64,000 nt of DNA, from assembly GCA_963814995.1 (NCBI GenBank), contig CAWFFF010000010.1:9960-73959 (forward strand), given 5' to 3'. The notes under the pieces were generated by a model that was not told where the DNA came from, did no database searches, and was given only the letters and a program-made list of their open reading frames with translations. This document shows positions 21,207-31,371 of the stretch, one piece after another (within the stretch, counting starts at the first letter, position 1; every line of letters starts with the position of its first letter). A program made the translations under genes and the position numbers. The DNA is from an uncultured Actinomycetes bacterium. GTDB lineage: Bacteria > Actinomycetota > Acidimicrobiia > IMCC26256 > PALSA-610.

Positions 21207-22168
21207 CCCGGCGGGAGATCCGCGACCCAGGAGGGCGATGCCGACCGGGGCGTTGACGGTTGGGTCGCTTCGATGATCGTGCCGCGTGTTCCCGCGAGCA
21301 GGTCGGCTGCTTCGTCGAGACTGCCGATCATGGCTGGTCGGCCGGTGGCGTCCACGAAGCGGCAGGCGGCATCGATCTTGGGGCCCATCGACCCCGCCGG
21401 GAACACGTTGGCGCGCATCGCCTCCACGGTGGTGCGCCCGATGGGACGGGCGGCGGCGGTACCGAAGTCGGTTTCGACGTTGTCGACATCGGTGAGGATC
21501 AGCAGGGCATCGGCGTCGAGGTCGCGGGCGAGCAACGCGGCGGTGCGGTCCTTGTCGACCACCGCCTCCACTCCTCGAAGCCGCCCGTTCGCGGCGCGGA
21601 CGACCGGGATTCCGCCACCACCGGCACAGATGACGATGGCGCAGTCAGCGAGAAGCGTACGGATCGTTGCCAGTTCGACGATGGAGAGCGGTTCCGGAGA
21701 GGCGACCACCCGGCGCCATTGGTCACCGTCGAGTCGGACCTGCCAGCCCCGCAGCCTGGCCAGGCGGCGGCCTTCCGCCTCGCTGTACTGCGGCCCCACG
21801 AACTTGGTCGGACTCAGAAACGCCGGGTCGTCCGCGGCGACCTGTGTCTGACACACGATGCTCACGACCTGGCGGCCGGGCAGGGCGTTCTCGAACGATT
21901 GGAGGAGGAAGTAGCCGATCATCCCTTGGGTTTGCGCGCCGAGCACGTCGAGCGGATACGGATGCGGCAGGACCGGATCGGAGGCGCTTTCGTTGGCGAG
22001 CAGCCCGACTTGGGGCCCGTTGCCGTGGGTGAGCACCAAGTCGTGATCGAACGCGAGCGGGGCCAGAGCGTTGACGGCCACATCGACGTGCTTCTCTTGG
22101 ATCTCAGCGAGCGGTACCTCCCCTCGCTCCAGTAGAGCGTTGCCGCCGACGGCTACCACGAGCCGCAT
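21203..22168 (-). CDS. arcC: Carbamate kinase
   Basis: VVAVGGNALL, THGNGPQVG, PTKFVGP, GGGGIPV, GSMGPK. Confidence 0.95.
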   Translation of the reverse strand: MRLVVAVGGNALLERGEVPLAEIQEKHVDVAVNALAPLAFDHDLVLTHGNGPQVGLLANESASDPVLPHPYPLDVLGAQTQGMIGYFLLQSFENALPGRQVVSIVCQTQVAADDPAFLSPTKFVGPQYSEAEGRRLARLRGWQVRLDGDQWRRVVASPEPLSIVELATIRTLLADCAIVICAGGGGIPVVRAANGRLRGVEAVVDKDRTAALLARDLDADALLILTDVDNVETDFGTAAARPIGRTTVEAMRANVFPAGSMGPKIDAACRFVDATGRPAMIGSLDEAADLLAGTRGTIIEATQPSTPRSASPSWVADLPPG

Positions 22169-22169
22169 C

Positions 22170-23200
<1,031 letters not shown>

Positions 23201-23204
<4 letters not shown>

Positions 23205-24422
23205 GCCGGATCCCGTTCGATCGGGCAGGTCATGCACCGGGGCCCGCCTCGACCGCGGCCGAGCTCGCTGCCGCCGATGTCGATGACCTCGACGCCGTGC
23301 TTGCGCAGCATGGTGTTGGTGGCGACGTTGCGTTCGTAACCCATGACAACACCGGGGGCCACCGCGAGGAAGTTGGTGCCGTCGTCCCACTGCTCGCGTT
23401 CCGCGGCCCGTACGTCCTCGTCGGTGGTCAAGATGGTGATCTCGGGGACCTCGAGGATCTCGGCCAAGGTGTCCCACAGGCAGTGGTTACGCGAGATCGA
23501 CAGCTCGCCCCGATTCTCGCCCGGGGAGATCGTCCAGCTGCGCAGGTGGCGGTCGAAGTAGGGGTAGAGGATGAAGGTGCCCACATCGACCATCGACATG
23601 ACGGTGTCGAGGTGCATGAACGCGTGACTGTGCGGCAGTTCGATGGCAACGACCTTGTTTGCTTGGCCGCTCTCGAACAGGGCGTGGGCCACTGATTCGA
23701 TGCCCATTGGTGTCGTGCGTTCCCCCATCCCGATCAGGACCGCTCCGTGACCGATGACATGCACGTCGCCGCCCTCGATGGTGGCCGGCTGATAGGTGAT
23801 GTCCTCTCCCCCGTAGTAGGTGACGAAGTCGGCACCGGTGAAGAGCGGATGGTGCTGGTAGATGGCCCGGGTGTGCAGAGATTCGCGTTGGCGGGCCGGC
23901 ATGGCCATGGGGTTGATGGTCACTCCGCCGTAGATCCAGCACGAGTTGTCTCGCTGGAAGAGATGGTTTGGTAGCGGGGGGAGAATGAAGTCGTCGGCCT
24001 TGAGCATGTTCCACTTCAGGCTGTGCGCGTGCAGCGGGTGTAGATCCGCTTTGAGGATCCCGCCGATGAGGGCCTCGGCCAGCGCCTTGGAGTCCTGGTC
24101 CTCGAACAGGCGTCGCACCGGGTCGACCAGTGACCGCCCGAGAATCTGCGGAGTACAGAGTCGGTCCAGCACGAACGTACGACCGGCAGGAAGCTCGAGC
24201 GTCTCGGCGAGAAGTTGGCCGTAGTAGTGGACGGCGACGCCCTGCATGCGCAGCGCTTCGGCGAACGCGTCGTGCTCCTCCTTGGCCTTTGAGGCCCACA
24301 CCACGTCGTCGAAGAGGAGCGACTGGATGTTCTCCGGGGTGAGCCGGGACAACTCCAGACCCCGGTCGATGCACGATGGCCTGGCGGAGCCGGCCGACCT
24401 CGGATCCTACGTTGAATGTCAT
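23201..24422 (-). CDS. arcA: Arginine deiminase; frameshift near 24355
   Basis: [49 protein letters not shown]. Confidence 0.95.
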
Positions 24423-25957
24423 CTTCTTCCCTCTCTGCGAACGGTGTCTGATGCCGCGTTCCTTCTGTGGTCAGCGAGCGTCGGACAGCGTTGAGCGACG
24501 GCTGGGGTGTCGGGTTGTCGATCGGTTCGGGGGTCAGCCCGAGACGTTGGCGGCGGGCGTTCAAGAACGCGTACAGGACGAGCCCGGCGAGGATCACGAC
24601 CAGGGCCTGGTAGACGACCTGGTAACCGGAGGCGAAGGTCACCCACATCGAGAACAGCACGCTCGTCCCGGCGACCGTCAGGTCGCGAGCCAAGAGCCAG
24701 CCCGACACGCGGCGACGGCGCGACACCAGGTAGGTGAGCTGCGCGATCGCCGACATGAAGTACGGGATGGCCACCGTCACCACGGTCAGGTCGACCAGGT
24801 ACGTGAAGATCGTCAGCCCGGAACTCGACTCGTAACGCCACAACATGAGCAGCGACGGCAGGATCGTTCCGACCACGATGCCGAACCAGGCCGTGCCCTG
24901 GCGGTCGACCCAGGCGAACGGCTTGGGGAACAGGCCGTCCTGGGCGATGGCCCTCGACGTTTCGGTGACAATGAGCGTCCAACCGTTGAGCGCCCCGATA
25001 CCCGAGATGACCGCCACCGCGGCGATGAACTTCGGCGCCCACGACGAGTGCGGGAACATCGTCCTGAAGGCGTCCACGAACGGTGAACCCGTCTCGACCA
25101 GGGTGCTATGCGCGACCAGGCCCATGACCGCCGCGGTCACCAGAACGTAGAGAACAGCACTGAGTGCAGTGCCGATCAGCGAAGCGCGTCCGACGTTGAC
25201 GCCGGGATCCTTCACTCGCTTGGCCGTCACCGCCGCGGCCTCGACACCGATGAAGGAGAACAGCGCCACCCCGGCCGCGATACCAATACCGCTGTACAGA
25301 CTGCCCCCGGAAGCGTTGAACGCGCCGAAGTTGCCGCTGCTGACGAAGAACCATCCGACCACGCCGACGAACAGCAGGGGCAGGAACTTGAGTACGACAG
25401 TGACGTTCTGAAACCACGCCATCTGGCGTACGCCGGCGAGGTTGACGGCCGCCGGCACCCACAAGTCCGACCAGGGCGATACCCCAGTTCTCCAAGCCGC
25501 TCGGATGCGTGAAGCCGAACAGGGCGTCGACATAGAACACCCAAGAAGACACGATGGCCGCGTTGCCGGCCCAGGATTGGATCCAGTAGCACCATCCGAC
25601 CAGGTAGCCCGCGAAATCACCGAACTCATGGCGGGAGTACGCGTACAGACCGCCGTCGCTGTTGGGAACTCGCTTCGTGAGCTGGCCGAACAAAACCGCC
25701 AACAGCATCGCCCCCACCGCGATCACTGCCAGAACCAGGATTCCCATCGTCCCCGCCCCGGCCAACACCGCCGGCATCGTGAACACACCGGTCCCGACGA
25801 TGCTGCCGACGACCAGGCCCGTCGCCGAGGGCAGGCCCAAGACGTTGGCCTTCTGCTCGTTGCGAGCCGACATCGGCGGGTCCGGAGGCCCACCAGAACC
25901 AGGGGGTTTAGTCGGACTCGCGGACGGAGGGGATGCAGCGATCGTCATACGACTCAC
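24419..25957 (-). CDS. arcD: APC family amino acid permease (ArcD-like arginine/ornithine antiporter); frameshifts near 25465 and in the tail
   Basis: GSIVGTGVF, GGLYAY, FSFIGVEAA, GALNGW, AQDGLFP; first gene of the arc operon; 3' end approximate. Confidence 0.8.
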
Positions 25958-26145
25958 CTTCGTTCATTGAGGGATCGCGGTCGGCCGCGCTTCTCGTCGG
26001 GCTAGTTCTAAGGAATCGAGCGAACAGCTTGCAGAGTCCTTGGACCCATGACCTCAGGCATAACGCGCCTCAGGAAAAGGGACCGATCGCGCGGTGAACT
26101 GGATTCCGAGCCTGTGCCCGGGACCGGAATCCTTCCGCGGCGTGT

Positions 26146-26961
26146 TCACGTCGCCTTCCGATGTGTCACTGACGTTCGGCTTGGCTCGCAAGTCGTCCCT
26201 TCGTCGCCAACGCCGGCAACGAAGACCGTCGAGTGGTCTCGCCCGGCGGTGACCGCCCGAAGGTTCGCGGGCGACGGCGTCTCGTCGGATCGACGCGCGC
26301 GTAAGAAGGCCTGCAGCACGCGCTGTTCGACGACGTGAGGCAAGTCGTCGCCGTCGACGCGCACAAGAAGTGTGTGATGGTCAAGCAGTCTGAGGGCCGG
26401 GAGCGTCTCGGCCTCGTAGATGGTCAGTCGGTCGCGAGCGACGCGGGGATCGTCATCGGTGCGGCCGCGGGCGGCCAAGCGGGCGAGCGCGATGTCCATT
26501 GGCACGATGATCTCGATCGTGACGTTCGGGACGAGGGCGTCTCGCTCGAACAACGCCTCAGCTTGCACAACCGTCCGCGGAAAACCGTCGAGGACGTAGC
26601 CGCTGGTATCGAGATTGGATTCCACGATCGCGACGATCAATCCCGTCGGCACCAATCGCCCGGACCGGACAAGACGTTCCACCGCGCGACCGAGCGAAGA
26701 TTGGATCGCGATCGCGTCTCGCAACAGATCACCCGTCGACAAATGCTGCACGCCGAGACGGCCTGCCAACCGGGTCCCTTGAGTCCCTTTTCCCGCCCCC
26801 GGACACCCGGCAATCAACACTCGCGGCGCGGATTGCCGAACCCGTGGCTCGTCGCCGGCAACGCATGGCTCACCCGCCCAGCCACCAGATCGTAGGTCGT
26901 GCCCGATATCGGCCGCTGCACTCAACGAGCGAAGCGACGAAGTCGCCGGACCTTGTCCCAT
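26146..26961 (-). CDS. Adenylate kinase family protein (short, LID-less form)
   Basis: GCPGAGKGTQ P-loop, HLSTGDLLR, LDGFPR, RGRTDD; the true start is probably near 26820-26860. Confidence 0.85.
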   Translation of the reverse strand: MGQGPATSSLRSLSAAADIGHDLRSGGWAGEPCVAGDEPRVRQSAPRVLIAGCPGAGKGTQGTRLAGRLGVQHLSTGDLLRDAIAIQSSLGRAVERLVRSGRLVPTGLIVAIVESNLDTSGYVLDGFPRTVVQAEALFERDALVPNVTIEIIVPMDIALARLAARGRTDDDPRVARDRLTIYEAETLPALRLLDHHTLLVRVDGDDLPHVVEQRVLQAFLRARRSDETPSPANLRAVTAGRDHSTVFVAGVGDEGTTCEPSRTSVTHRKAT

Positions 26962-27288
26962 CGTGGTCGAGCCTCCGCAGCGATCAGCCGCATGAATGGG
27001 GCTCGGTCACCGGGGTCCGGGGCGCCGATCCGATATCTCCGAATCCAGACTGACTGTAGGACAACGAACGTCGTTCGTCGAGTCCGGAGGTGGCTCGGGG
27101 TCTGCTCATCGATACCGACGCTCACGGTCATGCCTGGCGGGGCGGTCATCGGGAGTCGACTGGCGTCGAGCTGCGCCGCGCGCTTGGTGCGGTCAGTCCC
27201 GGCGCAGGTATCCGAGCGCGCTCGGGCCTCGAGTTCGAGCATGCCGCTGACATCGGGTGAGCGATGTCCATGCGGCGAATCGTTCCAG

Positions 27289-27532
27289 TTCTTAGGTGAC
27301 GCCCGCCTTAGGCGCCACAACTCGAGACCGACGAACAGTCCCTCTGGCCGGGCCTTACGAGTCGGGCTGGCGGGATTCGAACCCGCGACCTCTTGACCCC
27401 CAGTTACCGCCCAAACGTCCCGCTCCGTCTCAGTACGTCTCACGCTCCCCCGCCGATCAGGTATTTCGCGAAGGCTCCCCGAGCCGTTGTCTCACTACGT
27501 CTCGCTACGTTTCTTAGGTAAAACCTTAGGTA
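27289..27532. repeat. attP-like junction B: left arm, tRNA-Pro 3' half (27362-27404), right arm
   Basis: 43-nt core identical to 31275-31317; arms colinear with junction A. Confidence 0.9.
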
Positions 27533-27546
27533 CTCGCCCACTTGCA

Positions 27547-27570
27547 GCCGATAATGATATCGTTATCGGC
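27547..27570. promoter_or_regulatory. Putative TA operator GCCGATAATGATATCGTTATCGGC
   Basis: 24-bp near-perfect palindrome directly abutting the toxin ATG (probably a leaderless transcript). Confidence 0.7.
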
Positions 27571-27966
27571 ATGGCCGGACGCCGATGGACGGTCGAGTTC
27601 CATCCGAAGTGCGAGCGATGGGCACAAGCACTTCCGCAAGACGACGCCGAAGCTCTGCTCGCCGCGATTCGCGTTCTTCGCGATCACGGACCGAGTCTTG
27701 GACGACCGCTCGTCGACACCGTGAAAGCCAGCAAGCACCCGAACATGAAGGAGCTCCGCCCAGGTTCAACCGGCCGTACCGAGATTCGCGCGCTGTTCGC
27801 CTTCGACAAGAAGCGCATGGCGATCCTTTTGGTCGGCGGCGACAAGAGCCGCAACTGGTCGGGCTGGTACGAAGCGAACATCCCGATCGCAGACGAACGG
27901 TTCGAGAAGCATCAAGCCACAATCGGTGAAACAAGCGCCAAGGCGCGAAAGAGGAAACGAAGATGA
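27571..27966 (+). CDS. Type II TA toxin, RelE/ParE (HigB/Gp49-like)
   Basis: GPSLGRPLVDT, NMKELRP, EIRALFAFD, LLVGGDKS, WYEANIPIAD. Confidence 0.9.
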   Translation: MAGRRWTVEFHPKCERWAQALPQDDAEALLAAIRVLRDHGPSLGRPLVDTVKASKHPNMKELRPGSTGRTEIRALFAFDKKRMAILLVGGDKSRNWSGWYEANIPIADERFEKHQATIGETSAKARKRKRR

Positions 27967-28368
27967 GCATGAAGACGTGGGAGAAGAAGGTCCTCGCCAA
28001 GCCCGACGCGCGAGCACACGTTGCCGAGATTGAGGACGAGCTGCGCCTTGCCGCGGGGCTGACACTTCTTCGAGAGCAAGCGGGCTTGTCGCAGCGCGAT
28101 CCTCGCGAAGCGACTCGGCGTATCGCAACCGCGCATCGCGAAGATCGAACGTTCGAAGAACGTGACCGTCGAACTTCTGGAGCAATACGTGGAAGCGCTC
28201 GGAGGACATCTCCAGGTAACGGTCGTCAAGGGCAACAAGCGAACGACGTTGATCTCCCCCACCCCGCACGCGAAATCAACGAAGTCAGCAAGGCCGGTCG
28301 CCAAGAACCCGCCGGCGAAGAAAGCCGTACGACGAACGCCGACGAAACGAGCACGTCAATCCGCGTAA
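27963..28368 (+). CDS. XRE-HTH antitoxin (HigA-like) with basic C-terminal tail; frameshift near 28100
   Basis: LREQAGLSQ then GVSQPRIAKIE..LEQYVEALGG; ATGA overlap with the toxin. Confidence 0.82.
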
Positions 28369-28499
28369 GGACGCCCATTGACAGAGCGGCCCTCTCGCCG
28401 TCCACGTCTTCACTCGACGTTCTGGACTCTTAATGGTCTAGCGGCCACCACCGATCGAAACTCCCATGTGTGTCAAGGGGCGTTTCGGCGTTGCTGGTA

Positions 28500-28962
28500 T
28501 GAGGGGTCCCCGTTGAGTGGTCGCACCATTGGGCGGTGGCCCACAGGTGACTCCCGATGCAGTGGGATCATCGCCGGATATCGCTCGCGCCACTGCTTGG
28601 CGAAGTCCTCGAGGTGCGCTTCCGCGCTTCGACCGTCGGCGCTTCGTAGATCTTGCGCATGCCGGTGTTGCCACCTCGGGACGGTCTGCGGATCGAACGT
28701 CGCGTTCCGGTCGCGCGGGACACGCAGCTCAACGTCACCGATCTCGGTCGTCACTGTTTTCGGTGTGCTGCCGTTGCGCGAGTTCACTGACCCGCGGCCG
28801 GCCGGGTCGTAAGTGTCGTAACCAAGATGATCCGCGCGCTCGACCTCGAGACCCGCCTGCAACACACTTCGGACCATCGCCGTCAACAGTCCGTGGTCGC
28901 CCGTGAGTTCCGCACCTTCGGACCGCGCACGCGCGACGAGCTGTTCCGCCCAATCGCGCATC
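28500..28962 (-). pseudogene. IS256-family transposase remnant, internally deleted
   Basis: EQLVARARSEG.ELTG, HLGY, NSRNGSTPKTVTTEIGDVELRVPRDRNATFDP joined directly to C-terminal AHLEDFAKQWRERYP. Confidence 0.85.
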
Positions 28963-28992
28963 GCCGCCGTGTCACCCGCCACGATCGGCACG

Positions 28993-29688
28993 CTACGCGC
29001 CGCGGGCGTGCGTCCCCTTTCGCCAGAGTCTGAGCCCGATAGCGCCGATGAGCAGGTCCTGGAGGGTGATGACCACGAACGCGCCGACCGATGCGAACCC
29101 GGCGCCGAGCACCACCGGGGTGACGACGAGCAACTGGAAGATGCCGAGCGTGATCGGAAGGGTCGACCATGGTCGTGGCCAGGTTCGGGCTCGGAGCGCG
29201 TCGAGCCCGAACAGGATGAGGCCGATGTCGGCCAGAAGCATGCCGATGCCAAACACCGAACTGGCGGCGTTCGCGGCGTTGGAGTCGATCGCCTGCGTGG
29301 CCACAAACGCCAGAACGAGTTCGCCGGGGATCGTCACGACGAACCCGAGCACGGCCAGTCCGCCACCGTAACGAGCGCGCCAACCGGCCCCCGCCATCTT
29401 GGATCCGGCGAGCGCCACGATGCCGGCGGCCATCAGTGCCTGGGTCAGGGCGAAGAAGACCTGACCGAGTCGGAAGGCGTTGGCGGATAGCGGATAGCTG
29501 ACGGTGTCGGAAGCGACAACCGGATCCGCGCCGAGGATGAGGGCGTTGCCGATGATGGCGAGTGCGGCGCCGACGCATGCTGCGGCGCCGCCCAATGGAA
29601 TCAGGCCGCCCGTCTTGAGCCCCCGGACTTCCCCTTCACGAGTCGTGACCCTGGGGACGTCATCACGGTGCACATCGGTCGGCTGCAT
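28993..29688 (-). CDS. Multi-pass membrane protein of unknown function
   Basis: About six hydrophobic segments; ATG at 29688 with GGAAGAAAG upstream; divergent from tetR. Confidence 0.7.
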   Translation of the reverse strand: MQPTDVHRDDVPRVTTREGEVRGLKTGGLIPLGGAAACVGAALAIIGNALILGADPVVASDTVSYPLSANAFRLGQVFFALTQALMAAGIVALAGSKMAGAGWRARYGGGLAVLGFVVTIPGELVLAFVATQAIDSNAANAASSVFGIGMLLADIGLILFGLDALRARTWPRPWSTLPITLGIFQLLVVTPVVLGAGFASVGAFVVITLQDLLIGAIGLRLWRKGTHARGA

Positions 29689-29720
29689 CAGCTTTCTTCC
29701 CTTCGTCGGCGAACTCGATG

Positions 29721-29756
29721 TCACTAGAGTGTGTCACTAGTGTATGACTCCAGTAA
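29721..29756. promoter_or_regulatory. Nested inverted repeat, probable TetR operator
   Basis: ACTAGAGT-N4-CACTAGTG-N4-ACTCCAGT symmetric about 29738/29739. Confidence 0.6.
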
Positions 29757-29757
29757 A

Positions 29758-30433
29758 ATGAACGCCGTGGTGGAGCCTGTCAAGGACGAGCCCCGGGGCG
29801 GTGCGCTCACTCGGAAGGAACGTGCGTTGGCCACGCGCCGACGCATGATGGAGGCGGCGTACCGAGAGTTCAGCCGCAGGGGATACGCAAGAACGACCGT
29901 CGACGCGGTCGCCGCACAGGCCGGGGTCGCGGTCCAGACCGTGTATTTCACGTTCCACACGAAGGCCGAGTTGCTCCAAGCGGCGTACGAGCACGCGGTA
30001 CTAGGGCCGGAACCGGTGCCCCCGCACCTCAGCGGCTGGTGGCGAGCTGCCGAGTCAGCGCCCGACGTGACCACCGCGCTCGAGGTACCTGGTGGACGGC
30101 AACATCGAGGTCTTCGAGCGCGCCGCCCCCCTGGTCTGGGCCGTGCACGGCGACGAGGACGCCCGACCGACCTACGAGTTCAACGAGGGCCTGCGTCGCG
30201 ACGGCACGGAAGTGATGCTGTCGATCCTGGTCGCGAAACACGATCTCCGTTCGGGCCTGACCGATCGGCAGGGACGAGACATCATGTTGACGATCCTGGG
30301 CCCACTCACGTTCGCGATGCTCACACAGGAGCTCGGTTGGACGTCCGAGGAGTACGGCTCCTGGGCGAGGCAGGCGCTCGGCCGCGAGATCTTCGGCGTG
30401 GCGGACGAGACCTCGTCGCCGTCACCAGACTGA
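29758..30433 (+). CDS. TetR/AcrR family regulator; frameshift near 30090
   Basis: VAAQAGVAVQTVYFTFHTKAELL HTH; the C-terminal domain continues in ORF 30092..30433. Confidence 0.85.
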
Positions 30434-30509
30434 CCGCCCGGTGAGGTCGTGCCGTCTCTGCGTCGCGAACCGGGCCAAGGCCTTCATCGCTGTTACGGCG
30501 GGCCTGCCC

Positions 30510-30690
30510 AGGAGTCCCCTGACGGGAAGACCACCGACCAGCGACGACTGAAGGTCGCGAACATCGTCGACGAGCACACGCGCGAGGCGCTCACCATGCG
30601 CGTTGGCCGGCATTGCCCCGCCGATGACCTGCTCGTCGAGCTCGACCGACTCGACCAGAGCTGGGGCGCGCCGAGCTCGCTTGACCGGCG
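30510..30690 (+). pseudogene. IS3-family transposase (integrase core) fragment
   Basis: RRLKVANIVDEHTREAL..LDRL..WGAP. Confidence 0.7.
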
Positions 30691-31103
30691 GCCAGACCGG
30701 CACCGAGGCAGGCGACTTCTGGTTCGACGCCGAGACCGGCTTGCCGCTGCGCAACCGGCGGGTCGTCACGGTGCACAGCGGTTCGTCGATCGGCGGGGTG
30801 ACCTACGACGAGAAAGGGAGCTTCGTTCTCGTGTCGATGACGCCGACCAGGTAACGCCGTTGCGCACAATGTGAACGATTGGATCCTGTTCAGCGACCGG
30901 ACGCTGCGGGACTCGAAGTTCGTGTGGCCGCCTTTACCCCGCGGCCGGTGGCCGACGCCTGTGGCGGCGAGCACGCGCCTTCGGCAGGTCGGCGGTAAGG
31001 CTTCGCTCGTCAGAACGCGCGTCCCCGAACACCGCCGCGGGCGTGTCCCATATCGCCGGCTATACGACAAGGCGAGAAGAACGTTGCCCATCCCCGAACT
31101 TCT

Positions 31104-31274
31104 TTGTCGCGTTCGGCCGTCGCTCCGCGCTATTCATGGGTATGGGAACCATTCGATGCGAACGAGCGCCGCCGACACCACGGCACGTGCGGCGCCGGCG
31201 TTTCAATTCTTAGGTAGCGACTTAGGCGCACAATCCGAGACTGACAAACAATCCCTCTGACCAGGCCTTACGAG
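31104..31274. repeat. Unit-end block plus left arm (31207-31274) adjoining the tRNA 3' end (attL-like)
   Basis: TTCTTAGGTAGCGACTTAGGCGCACAATCCGAGACTGAC..CCCTCTGACCAGGCCTTACGAG matches the left arms of junctions A and B. Confidence 0.85.
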
Positions 31275-31349
31275 TCGGGCTGGCGGGATTCGAACCCGCG
31301 ACCTCTTGACCCCCAGTCAAGCGCGCTAACCGAACTGCGCTACAGCCCG
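31275..31349 (-). tRNA. tRNA-Pro (GGG)
   Basis: CGGGCTGTAGCGCAGTTCGGTTAGCGCGCTTGACTGGGGGTCAAGAGGTCGCGGGTTCGAATCCCGCCAGCCCGA folds as a cloverleaf; CCA not encoded. Confidence 0.97.
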
Positions 31350-31371
31350 TAGCGGGGAGCAGTGTACCGAT

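Larger units (their letters stand above)
27405..31317. mobile_element. Integrated unit 1 (3913 bp core to core) with no integrase: HigBA-type TA, IS256 and IS3 scars, TetR and membrane protein
   Basis: Lies between the intact tRNA-Pro and the first displaced 3' half; no recombinase ORF recognised. Confidence 0.8.
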
